Origin: Spirochaetia bacterium
GTDB lineage: Bacteria > Spirochaetota > Spirochaetia > SZUA-6 > Bin103
Reading direction: 5' to 3'
Assembly (NCBI GenBank): GCA_965208575.1
Contig: CBDBOV010000004.1
Span: forward strand, 480,001-544,000
Length of the DNA: 64,000 bases
Positions 40,826 through 50,083 of this stretch are shown one piece after another. The position numbers were made by a program, and so were the translations under genes. The notes under the pieces were generated by a model. That model saw nothing but the letters and a program-made list of their open reading frames with translations. It was not told the DNA's origin and searched no databases. Position 1 is the first letter of the stretch. Each line of letters starts with the position of its first letter.

Positions 40826-41824
40826 TTATCTGTAACGGACCCTGGGGTCTAAATAAGGATAAATCAGGTCGATCATTAGATTGTTCCCTACAACCGCCGT
40901 GGCAAAAACCAAGTTTACTCCGGAGACCACCGGGTAGTCTCTGTTTATGAGTGAATCCAGTATGAGGCGACCCAACCCCGGCAGGTTGAATATGTTCTCC
41001 ATGATAACGGAGCCACCTACCAGGATAGGCAACTGCAGGCCTACCAGGGTAACTACCGGGATGAGGGCATTCTTGATGGCGTGTCTGATAACAACTGCCC
41101 TCTCCTTGAGGCCCTTGGACCAGGCCGTCCTGATATAGTCCTGCCTGAGCACCTCCAGCATCATAGTGCGCGTCATCCGCATGGTGGCTGCAGAAGCAGC
41201 CGTACCCAGAATCAGGCTGGGAATGATGAACACCCCGAGATTCCCCAGCGGGTCTTCGGTGAAAGGAATCAGCCGCATCGGTGGCGACCAGCCCCACCAG
41301 ATTGCCGGGTAGAGCATGACCATAAGTGCCAGCCAGAAGTTAGGCGTTGCCAGGCCGATGATGGCGATGGAACGCCCCACATAATCGGCGGCCGTATCCT
41401 GGCGAATCGCCGAGTAGATGCCGACGGGCAGGGCTATCACCAGCCCGATTACGATTGCCATGACGCCAAGCTCAACGGTTACTGGCAAACGATCTATTAT
41501 CCTCTCCTCTATCGTAAAAGCGCCCATCAGTGATTCGCCAAGCGTGCCCTGGAAGAGACCTTTGAAATGGGACTCACCGGTAACCCAGTCAGGGGTCGAC
41601 AACACTCCTATCCAGCGTCCATACTGCACCCAGACAGGCACGTCTAATCCCAGCTTACGCTCCACAACTTCACGGTCAACCTCCCCCCCGAACGATTCCA
41701 TCTTCCCAACCATTATGTCTATTACATCGCCGGGGATGAAGCGGACCGAGAGAAAGACAAGGATGCTCAATATAAACAAGGTAGGGATTATGAGTAATAA
41801 CCGCCTGATGATATAGGCTCTCAT
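40826..41824 (-). CDS. ABC permease (OppB-like), cassette 3
   Basis: MRAYIIRRLLLIIPTL; QDYIRTAWSKGL. Confidence 0.92.
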   Translation of the reverse strand: MRAYIIRRLLLIIPTLFILSILVFLSVRFIPGDVIDIMVGKMESFGGEVDREVVERKLGLDVPVWVQYGRWIGVLSTPDWVTGESHFKGLFQGTLGESLMGAFTIEERIIDRLPVTVELGVMAIVIGLVIALPVGIYSAIRQDTAADYVGRSIAIIGLATPNFWLALMVMLYPAIWWGWSPPMRLIPFTEDPLGNLGVFIIPSLILGTAASAATMRMTRTMMLEVLRQDYIRTAWSKGLKERAVVIRHAIKNALIPVVTLVGLQLPILVGGSVIMENIFNLPGLGRLILDSLINRDYPVVSGVNLVFATAVVGNNLMIDLIYPYLDPRVRYR

Positions 41825-41959
41825 GCAACGCTCCTCATTTCAATTTGCCCCGTCATTGCGAGCCCCGATTCTATCGGGGCTTCCTCAAGTTCCTTCACAA
41901 TACTTCCTTGCGATAGTCGGCGTTACCACACCCGTTCGTGGTGAGCCCGTCGAACCACC

Positions 41960-42234
41960 CCCCCCCCTGGCAAGCGTCTGTAAAAGATCCCAATCTCCGC
42001 GAATCAGCGCCCCCTTCTTCTGCCTGGTCCAGCCCTTGATCTGCCTTCCCGTTCCAGAGCTTCGGCTCTCGTCGAAAAACTCTCCGAAAAAACGAGTGTA
42101 ACTGGACGCTTGTCGCGGGTGTAGCCCGGTAACGCGCCGGCGTCATGAGCCGCCAACCTCGATTCAAGGTTGTCTGTGTGCCCGGTGTAATATGAGCCAT
42201 CCACGCAACGAAGCATGTAAACGAAGAAGCTTAC
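41960..42234 (-). pseudogene. Frameshifted GIY-YIG endonuclease (UPF0213-like) flanked by REP-like repeats
   Basis: FVYMLRCVDGSYYTGHTDNLESRL..H; continues in another frame as RQIKGWTRQKK; REPs at 41931-41956 and 42263-42288. Confidence 0.8.
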
Positions 42235-42328
42235 TCGCTGACTCTCGTGTGTCCGTGGACCGCCCTTCGACCGGCTCAGGGCGAACGGTTACAGGGCGAA
42301 CGGACTATCCTAACGGCTATTTCTAAAA

Positions 42329-42606
42329 CTAGGTGGCTCTTCACTTCAGGGTTTCGTGTGGGTAGCGCGGTGTTCGACTCCCGTCCGAGTCGGGAAGTAG
42401 TGATGGGCGATGCCCTCAAGCGTCTCAAATTCTGTCCGGGTAGTCGTCTGGGGCGCAGAATCCTGCCCTACAGGGTCTTTTCGGGGCAATCGGACGTGCT
42501 GATCCACGATTACGCCACCAGTCGGATAGCACCGCCTCACCAACCATCCGATTCTGGCAACGGCCGACTGGGAGTTACCCACACGATTTCCTGAAGAGCC
42601 AACTAG
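42329..42606. mobile_element. MITE-like remnant with 15-bp imperfect terminal IR
   Basis: CTAGGTGGCTCTTCA (42329) vs TGAAGAGCCAACTAG (42592). Confidence 0.45.
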
Positions 42607-42703
42607 GTAAAGTGAAGGACGATGACAACAGGTAAGGGAGCTGGGAAGCCTGAGCCTCCCAGCTCCCTTTTTCCCTGAGCTAAGCCACAAGGGGTGAACC
42701 CCT

Positions 42704-44518
42704 CTAATAACCCATGGATTCCTTCAGCTCGGAATCAATCCAGACGCGGGCGTGGATGCTATTAAACCGTATATCTCCAAACCTCATTTCACCGTTAAAA
42801 CCTTTCACCCACGGCTGGCTTGCCTGATACCATGCAGCCACAGGAGCCCATATCTGAAAGTGCTGCTTTAGTGCTTCCATACCAAACTCTTTTGCCGCCT
42901 TCATCTGCTCATCGATGTTAGTGGCACCGAAAAAGGCATCTTGGGCGGCGGCCAGCACAGGGTTCTCGACTCCTCCGCCCACGCTTGCCCTTCGCCAAAG
43001 CTGTTCCGCGCCATAATGTCCCATGCCCCAGCTCGGGCCCTCTATGGCCATGTAGCCATAAATCGACTCATAGGTATTTTCCCTCTTGGCAGCGGCTAGA
43101 GTCGCCCATTCGACAACACTAATCGATACATCAACGCCAATATCAGCCCAGTAGCCGGCGACTATTTCATATAAGCCCACATCTCCGACGTCACGGTGCT
43201 GATGTTCGACCTTGAATCGGACGCCGTCCGCGCCGCGCGGATATCCTGCCTCATCGAGGAGCCTCTCAGCACCTTCCGGGTCGTAGGTGTAGTATTGCTT
43301 GAGCTCTGCGGGCCACTCTTCCCATTCGGTGTAATACCCCTTGGCGCCGATGAAGCGAGGTTGATCCCACTGGGCGAAACCGCCAAAGTAGGTATCGCTA
43401 ATCGTCTCCAGGTCCAGTGCCATCTGCAGTGCGTGGCGTACTCTGATGTCGTCAAAGGGGGCGTTGTGCGTGTTCAGTATCGCAGCCTCCGACCGCAGCT
43501 CAAATGGCCATGTCGCGATTTCGGGGTTGGTCCGCTGGAGGCTATTTATCACGTCGATGGATCTTATCTCATCAGCAGCGCTGCGTATCATATCAATCTT
43601 ACCCGAGCGCAGTGCCGATAGACGCGTCGCTTCTTCCGCCATATGCAGGCCCACTAACTTGTCAATATAGGGCAAGCGGTTCTCCGGGTATTTTTCGTCG
43701 TAGCCCCAGTAGTCAGGATTCTTGTCAAAGGTTAGAGAGCTGCCCTCGACGTAGTCGGTCAGCATAAAGGGCCCGGTGCCTACCACGTTCTTCCAGTCCG
43801 TATAGTCGCCGTATTTCTCGATTACCTCGGGGGGCAATATCCAGACCAAAAAACCTTGGGTGATGATAGCCTCCAGCACAGCGAAAACAGGGCGTGGCTC
43901 CGTCAACTTCATAACAACCGTATATTTGTCGGTGGCCTCTATCGATTCCCATGGCAGATCGATAGCTGGTCTTTTCTCGAAAGGAGGTTCGGTGAAGTCG
44001 CCCAGAACCAAATTACGCTGATAGTTATAGACGACATCCTGGGCAGTTAGCTCCCGACCACCTACCAGGCGGCTGGCCTCACTGTCTGGGTCAAGGGCGT
44101 AGTGAACGCCCTGGCGGATGTGGAATACGTACGTCAGTGGGTCGGGCGTTTCCCAGCTTTCCGCCAGCTGCCCGGTGAAAGTAGACAGAGGGATGTAAGG
44201 GGTTCTAAAGGCGAATTCGTCCCTATCTATTCCCCAGTCCGGGACGGCGAGAGCCTCATTGACACCGTCTATGATGAAGCCCGCATAGCTGCCAGTAACA
44301 AAGGGGGCGGTAGTTTCGCCTATTAAGGCATACGAATAGGTCAATGTCCCGCCATACTCTGGCGCGGTCACCACCTTGCCGGTGGTGGGGTCGGTCACAT
44401 ACTTCTTGTCGGCAGCGGCTGCCGGCTCCTCTTCTGCGCCAGCGGCCCAGAGGCCGGTTGCGGTCAGGACCAGAACCAACGCAACCGCGAGGGTCCTGGT
44501 AATCTGTACAATATTCAT
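42704..44518 (-). CDS. Family-5 SBP, cassette 3
   Basis: Same N-terminus as the 28886 SBP; YWGYDEKYPENRLPY. Confidence 0.92.
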   Translation of the reverse strand: MNIVQITRTLAVALVLVLTATGLWAAGAEEEPAAAADKKYVTDPTTGKVVTAPEYGGTLTYSYALIGETTAPFVTGSYAGFIIDGVNEALAVPDWGIDRDEFAFRTPYIPLSTFTGQLAESWETPDPLTYVFHIRQGVHYALDPDSEASRLVGGRELTAQDVVYNYQRNLVLGDFTEPPFEKRPAIDLPWESIEATDKYTVVMKLTEPRPVFAVLEAIITQGFLVWILPPEVIEKYGDYTDWKNVVGTGPFMLTDYVEGSSLTFDKNPDYWGYDEKYPENRLPYIDKLVGLHMAEEATRLSALRSGKIDMIRSAADEIRSIDVINSLQRTNPEIATWPFELRSEAAILNTHNAPFDDIRVRHALQMALDLETISDTYFGGFAQWDQPRFIGAKGYYTEWEEWPAELKQYYTYDPEGAERLLDEAGYPRGADGVRFKVEHQHRDVGDVGLYEIVAGYWADIGVDVSISVVEWATLAAAKRENTYESIYGYMAIEGPSWGMGHYGAEQLWRRASVGGGVENPVLAAAQDAFFGATNIDEQMKAAKEFGMEALKQHFQIWAPVAAWYQASQPWVKGFNGEMRFGDIRFNSIHARVWIDSELKESMGY

Positions 44519-44661
44519 ACGTTCCTCCGTATGTGGATTCTCGAGAGTATTGCGTAGCGGCTTGCCGCTCCCTGGCTACTCTCGCGCCCGCAACGCAGGC
44601 GGCCAGACAGAGTCGAATGGGTGACGCGCGCGGCGTGTGACTCAGCGGGTGCATACCCGGC

Positions 44662-44697
44662 TCACGCCGCGCGCGCGTGCGGTTCTTTGAGTATCAT
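44662..44697 (-). CDS. Putative leader peptide MILKEPHARAA
   Basis: AGGAGG-N5-ATG. Confidence 0.6.
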   Translation of the reverse strand: MILKEPHARAA

Positions 44698-44708
44698 TCG
44701 AGCCTCCT

Positions 44709-44860
44709 GTGCGCCGGTAAAAACCGGCAAGGTGTTGTGAATGGAAGAGTCATACGTCGAAGGGTTAGCGACCCACGGCGGCTCCGAGTCATGCGCCGCC
44801 GCCCGCGAGGGCGGGGGTGAAGCGTTGACAGGGGTACGTGCGGGCCGGGTATCGAGCCGC
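44709..44860 (+). mobile_element. Group II intron 5' remnant
   Basis: GTGCG start; same deletion breakpoint as the 29077 copy. Confidence 0.8.
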
Positions 44861-45119
44861 CACGCGTGGCGGTGGTCTGAGCAGCAGTGAGTCTGAATGG
44901 CCGCCAACGCCGGCGGTGGGTTTTGCGCGCAGTTAGTCGCGGGCGGGGATGCGGGACGGTTGCGGTCGCCTGGAAGGACGCGGGCGGCCAGCATGCCGGT
45001 TTGGCGATGGACCGAGCGGGCGCCACCGATAGCTACGGCGGTGGTGAAGGCGACGGTGTGCGCGCTTTCGCGTACGGGGCGATCAGCCCGAGCGGTTAGT
45101 TGTTCCTCGGTTTCTCGGT

Positions 45120-45150
45120 TTGAAAAAGTTGGGGGGGGGGGGGGTATGAT
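45120..45150 (+). promoter_or_regulatory. TTGAAA-(AAGTT+G14)-TATGAT: poly-G in a putative promoter spacer
   Basis: Spacer 19 nt; identical arrangement at 57700-57730. Confidence 0.45.
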
Positions 45151-45715
45151 GCACCGGTCGCGTCACAGCGAACCGGTCACTGCGCTGACTGTCATCAAGG
45201 CGCTTCATCGGCATCCGTCGACCCCAAGCCAAGTATGATAGCGTGGGCGCGGCGCACTGTCAACGACTCGGAACTCACCAAATCCGGCCGTTCCGGACGC
45301 CCGCCAGCGTCGCCGCCACCGGAGGTGGTGACGTTGAGGTGACCGCCAACGGGCGACTGCGCTGACTGTCATCATGGCGCGTCATCATCGATCCGTCGAA
45401 CCCCAGGCGAGGCAAGCTTGCTGTGGGCGCGGGCACCCTGTCATTAGGGCCGACCCGTGGGACCCGTGCGTGCGCGGCGGACCGGCAGCCCCGTGGTGTC
45501 ACGCCGGATGCGCCCACCCGTGGCTCCGTCCTGGCCCCATGGGTGTGCATGCGCCGTCGGCTGCTCCGGGAGGCGCGCCCGGAACGCGCCCGACCAGGTC
45601 CACGAGCGTCGGGCTGGGTATGGGCGTGAGCTCACCCGTCAGCCCGAAGCAGCGCCTGGGCACCGCGTCACCGCAGACCGAGTCGCCGAAGTGTACTGAG
45701 TTAGGTGGTCCCGTA

Positions 45716-45929
45716 GGGCACGGTCTATGAGCAGTTCGCCGGCAAGCTCGAGCACCTCCTTGGCCTGCCGGCGGGACACCGAGGGGAAGGAATCGAGGAA
45801 CTTGTCCAGGCTGTCGCCGGCTTCGAGATGGTCCCACAGACTCTGGACGGGTACCCGTGTGCCGGCGAATACGGGCGTTCCTGACATGATCTCTGAGTCC
45901 TGGATAACCAAGCCGGAGAGGCTACGCAT
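45716..45929 (-). pseudogene. Orphan DUF433 antitoxin whose 3' end is fused to a repeat module
   Basis: DSEIMSGTPVFAGTRVPV...DSFPSVSR; no toxin downstream. Confidence 0.75.
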
Positions 45930-46236
45930 CTGTGCTGGCTCCCTTGCTACGAGGATAAGGCAATCTCGGTGTTGGTGGAAGAAGAACGTTGACCGCTCTG
46001 AGGTTTCAGATCCACCGCACGGGAACAGCTCGCGTGGACGCGTTGCGCGTGGCGGCGAAGACGCCGCATGCGGTGTGGTCAAGCTGACCGCTCTCCAGGC
46101 TGGCGCGCGGCCGAACCGTTTGCCGGTCTCGCCAGCTGCCGAGCAAATGGATATTTGAATACTGGGACCGGATCGATGGGCGATCGGATCGTTGCCTCTA
46201 TTGACAGAGCAAAGACCTATTTGTACGTTGTACATT

Positions 46237-46497
46237 ATGAAACGCGTCAAAGCGTCGGAAGCGCGCACGCAGTGGTTCCGGTTGCTGGACGAGGTAGCAG
46301 CCGGTGAGGTGGTGGTGGTGGAGCGGCGTGGCCGGCAGATCGTGTTACGGCGCGAGGATCCGGCTGCGTCGGCGGCATCAGAGCCCGTTCCCGACTACAC
46401 AGAGCTGCTCAAGGTACCCGACGCGGACCAAGCCGATGCCTGGGGATGGGAGTGGGCGGCTGATGGTGAGGCCCTGCGGCTCACCGATCAGCCGTGA
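46237..46497 (+). CDS. Phd/YefM family antitoxin
   Basis: MKRVKASEARTQWFRLLDEVAAGEVVVVERRGR; promoter TTGACA(46201)-N17-TACGTT overlapping a TGTAC-N3-GTACA palindrome. Confidence 0.85.
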   Translation: MKRVKASEARTQWFRLLDEVAAGEVVVVERRGRQIVLRREDPAASAASEPVPDYTELLKVPDADQADAWGWEWAADGEALRLTDQP

Positions 46498-46868
46498 CGG
46501 TGCTTCTCGACACCCACTTTGTGATCTGGATCCTCACCGACTCGAGCCGACTCCGGAAGTATCGATGGATCGAGAGACATCGGCCGTGGGGCGTATCGCC
46601 GGTATCACTTCTCGAGCTTCAGTTTCTGTCGGAGGTCGGACGTATCAGTCTCAACACGTCACTGTTCTTCGCAGCCCTTGCTACGGACGCGAGGTTCGTC
46701 GTCGACGATCCACCTCTGTACTCAATCGTGCGCCACGCGTTGACCCTGAAATGGACGCGAGATCCGTTCGATCGCCTGCTTGCTGCGCACAGCGCCTCCC
46801 GGCGAGTGCCGCTGTGTACGGCTGACGCAACTCTGAGACGTCATCACTCACTTATCGCCCAGGAGTGA
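46494..46868 (+). CDS. vapC: VapC PIN-domain toxin
   Basis: LLDTHFVIW, S..E, RDPFDRLL. Confidence 0.88.
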   Translation: MTVLLDTHFVIWILTDSSRLRKYRWIERHRPWGVSPVSLLELQFLSEVGRISLNTSLFFAALATDARFVVDDPPLYSIVRHALTLKWTRDPFDRLLAAHSASRRVPLCTADATLRRHHSLIAQE

Positions 46869-47473
46869 CTCACCGCTGAGCGATGCCCTGCGGTCTTTCG
46901 CCACCGGCGCTACCCACAGGAGAGTCACGGGCACGCACGTTGCGGGCCTGCCCCACGCGGCATCAGCGAGTCGTCGCCGTTCGCGAGCTTGCGGCTGGGC
47001 AGTGGCGAGCAGGCGGCCAGGCAGTGCCGGACCGCAACAGCGCCGAGGCGTTCGTATAGCAATGAGATAATTGCAGCCGGACCCCTGAACCCCGTATTTG
47101 AACACACATACCCTGTTTCGAGTGTAGCAAAACGTGCCGCTGCTTAGATCCTCAACCACCTGGTAAGAACCGGTCGAGCACCGCCGGGACTGTCAGTCAC
47201 CGTCAGTCACCTCCGAGTGGTTGACAGGCTGGCCGCGTCCATAGCAAGCTGGCTCGTCTGGGGTTCGACGGATCGGTGATGAGGCGCCATGACGACAGTC
47301 GGCGCTGGCGGGCGGCCGGAGGCGCCGGAGTGCGCGCGCCAAGAACTTGACTCAGACTGGCCGTCCGCGTTGACGGACACGCCCGCGGTTGCGGGCATGA
47401 GAGCCGGTCGCGATGAAGTGCAATCTTCATGCTGCCTGTGATATACTATGATAGATAGTGGAGGATACCACCT

Positions 47474-48115
47474 GTGGTATATGACGTAAGGACGTACGAT
47501 TTGAAATTTGGGCTGGCCAAGGAATATGGCGAACATATCAAGGCTAACCTGCCCGGGAGGGAGAAGTTATCCCCGCTGGGCGGGTACTGGTACACCGAGA
47601 TAGGGCCTCTTAACCAGGTCATAAACATCTGGCCGTACAATGACGTGGACTCCTATGTAGACTTCCGTACCCGGTTCGATCCCGTTAAGGCGTGGGGGCC
47701 AATGCACGATTATGGCGTGAATGTCGCCATCGTCGGTGGCCACAACGAAGTCATGTTTGCAGCTCCATTCATGAAGCCCTTGGGAGAGCGCCGCATCGGT
47801 CCCATATACGATATGAGAATCGACACACACGCGCCGGGAGATATACCGAAAACTCTGGAGGCGTGGGGCAAAGTTATCGATGAAAGAGAGAAACTCTCCC
47901 CGCTTGCCGGCTTCTGGCACTCAGATATAACTGGCCTCAATCTACACTGTACCGGCAGGATTATTCACCTCTGGGCGTATAGTACCTTCGAAGACAGGAC
48001 GAGAGTACTGGCAGAAAGCCACAAGAGAGGCTACTGGTTGCCCCCGGGCGCTGCGATGCCGACCAAGTCGGAGAGCAAAATCATGCTGCCTTACGACTTC
48101 TCTCCAATGCAGTAA
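47474..48115 (+). CDS. NIPSNAP family protein
   Basis: Two repeats of YD.R.Y...SPL.G.W..EIGPLNQVINIWPY. Confidence 0.88.
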   Translation: MVYDVRTYDLKFGLAKEYGEHIKANLPGREKLSPLGGYWYTEIGPLNQVINIWPYNDVDSYVDFRTRFDPVKAWGPMHDYGVNVAIVGGHNEVMFAAPFMKPLGERRIGPIYDMRIDTHAPGDIPKTLEAWGKVIDEREKLSPLAGFWHSDITGLNLHCTGRIIHLWAYSTFEDRTRVLAESHKRGYWLPPGAAMPTKSESKIMLPYDFSPMQ

Positions 48116-48200
48116 TCTGGGGCTTCATTACTTCATTAGAGCATAACGAAGTCACGATTCCAGCTCACACGTACCGGGCATCTGGGAAGGGAGGCAGCAG

Positions 48201-49163
48201 ATGGCAGCAACACTCGAACAACGCCCCTTCGGCAACACCGGTGAGAAGGTAACCGTTATCGGTTTGGGAGGCGCTTTCGTCTACAAGCACTCCTTTGAGC
48301 AAGGGGTAGAAACAGTCAAACATGCCTTGGAGCTGGGTGTCAACTATTTCGATACCTCTCCAGCGTACGGAAGAATGAGGGATGGCAAGTGGATCAGCAG
48401 AGGTGAATCGCAGTTAATCATGGGTGAGGGCCTTGACGGGAGTACGAAACCGCATCTACTTGCGACCAAGCTACATAAGTGCAGTTCAGTAGAAGATTTT
48501 CGCGCCCAAATACAAGATAACCTACATGCCCTGCGTCGTGATAAGGTCGACGTACTCCAGGCGCACGACGTCGAGCGGGCATACCTCTGGAAGCCCGACA
48601 CACACTTCTGGAAGCCCGACCGTCAGCGTAATGACATCGTGAACCTTGATGAGGAGCTGGACTTTGAGAACGCCCCGGTGATGCAGGCGATGCGTGAAGC
48701 AAAGGAGCAAGGGCTCTGCCGTTTCATTGGTATCAGCTCACAGTGGTCGGAAATGATAGTCCACGTCCTGAAGCACGCAAAGCTGGACATGTGCCTCTCT
48801 GCCATGGAGTATTCGCTGCGGAACCGACGTTCCCCGCATGTCGTGTTGCCGTTCACTCGTGAGCAGGGGGTTGCTTATGTCGTAGGCGGGATATTCTCCG
48901 CAACAGGTGCAGTTGGAGGGGCATTCTCCGAGGAGCTTCTGCTCAAGTTGGCGCAGACGACGGGCATGTCGATCGCGACGTTGACGGTTCGTTTCTTGAT
49001 AGCGAATCAGGAGATTTCGACCATTCTGGTGGGTGCGTCCACACCCGAGGAGATCGAGGAGAGCGTCATGGCCGCGCAGGCAGGTCCGCTACCGTCCGAC
49101 CTCGTCAGGTCCCTTGAGGAACTGGGATCGAATACCGGCTACTACGAGAATCTCGTAGGATAA
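48201..49163 (+). CDS. Aldo/keto reductase
   Basis: GVNYFDTSPAYG, ATK, DVLQAH, RFIGIS. Confidence 0.9.
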   Translation: MAATLEQRPFGNTGEKVTVIGLGGAFVYKHSFEQGVETVKHALELGVNYFDTSPAYGRMRDGKWISRGESQLIMGEGLDGSTKPHLLATKLHKCSSVEDFRAQIQDNLHALRRDKVDVLQAHDVERAYLWKPDTHFWKPDRQRNDIVNLDEELDFENAPVMQAMREAKEQGLCRFIGISSQWSEMIVHVLKHAKLDMCLSAMEYSLRNRRSPHVVLPFTREQGVAYVVGGIFSATGAVGGAFSEELLLKLAQTTGMSIATLTVRFLIANQEISTILVGASTPEEIEESVMAAQAGPLPSDLVRSLEELGSNTGYYENLVG

Positions 49164-49202
49164 TAGTGACAAAATAGTGAAGGGCAGCAAGAGGATAACA
49201 CA

Positions 49203-50054
49203 ATGAAAGATTTCAGTGGAAAAGTGGCAGTGATAACGGGTGCTGGGCGCGGCATCGGGAGGGGTATTGCCTTGCGCTGCGCCAGCGAGGGGATGAGAGT
49301 CGTGCTGGCGGGCATCGGACCGGAGTCGCTGACCGGGACGGATGCCGACCTGCGAGACATGGGCGCGGAGACGCTGGTCGTGCAGGCGGATGTTTCCAAG
49401 CTGGAGGATGTGGAGAGGCTGGCACAGAAGACGGTTGAGGCGTTTGGTGAAGTCCACATGCTGGTCAACAACGCTGGGGTTGCCTCCCGGCCGGACACCT
49501 GGGACAGGAGCCTGGCTGATTGGGAATGGATAATGGGCGTGAATTTCTGGGGTGTGCTCTACGGGGTACGCACATTCATCCCCATCATGATGAAACAGGA
49601 GACCGACTGTCACATCATTAATGTCTCGTCAGGTGCTGGACTTGCACCGGGAGAACGGACTACGATCTATGCTGTTTCGAAGCACGGTGTAGTCGTCCTT
49701 TCGGAAGCGCTCTACTTTCAACTTGCCAAGCAGGCTCCTCATATCAAAGTGTCGGTCTATTGTCCGCTGTGGGTCAGTAGCGAGCTGGATGATACTGTTG
49801 CGCGTAACCGCCCTAGTGGCCCGCCGCCCCCTCCACTAACTCCAGAAGCGAAAGCAGAGTGGCGGACGTCACTCGCCACGGGTATATCTATCGAGGAATC
49901 GGCTGATGTTCTCTTCAGGGGTATTGTGGAAGACAAGTTGTACATCGGGCCGAAAGGATTCCCCGCCAGTGCCGACCCGGAATCGTTGATATCGGCGATA
50001 CGAACAAGGGCGGAGAACATTATCGACGAGCGCAACCCGGAACTGCCGTCCTGA
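49203..50054 (+). CDS. SDR family oxidoreductase
   Basis: TGAGRGIG, NNAGV, YAVSK. Confidence 0.92.
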   Translation: MKDFSGKVAVITGAGRGIGRGIALRCASEGMRVVLAGIGPESLTGTDADLRDMGAETLVVQADVSKLEDVERLAQKTVEAFGEVHMLVNNAGVASRPDTWDRSLADWEWIMGVNFWGVLYGVRTFIPIMMKQETDCHIINVSSGAGLAPGERTTIYAVSKHGVVVLSEALYFQLAKQAPHIKVSVYCPLWVSSELDDTVARNRPSGPPPPPLTPEAKAEWRTSLATGISIEESADVLFRGIVEDKLYIGPKGFPASADPESLISAIRTRAENIIDERNPELPS

Positions 50055-50083
50055 TGCAAACAACCAAACATGGAGGTAACACT

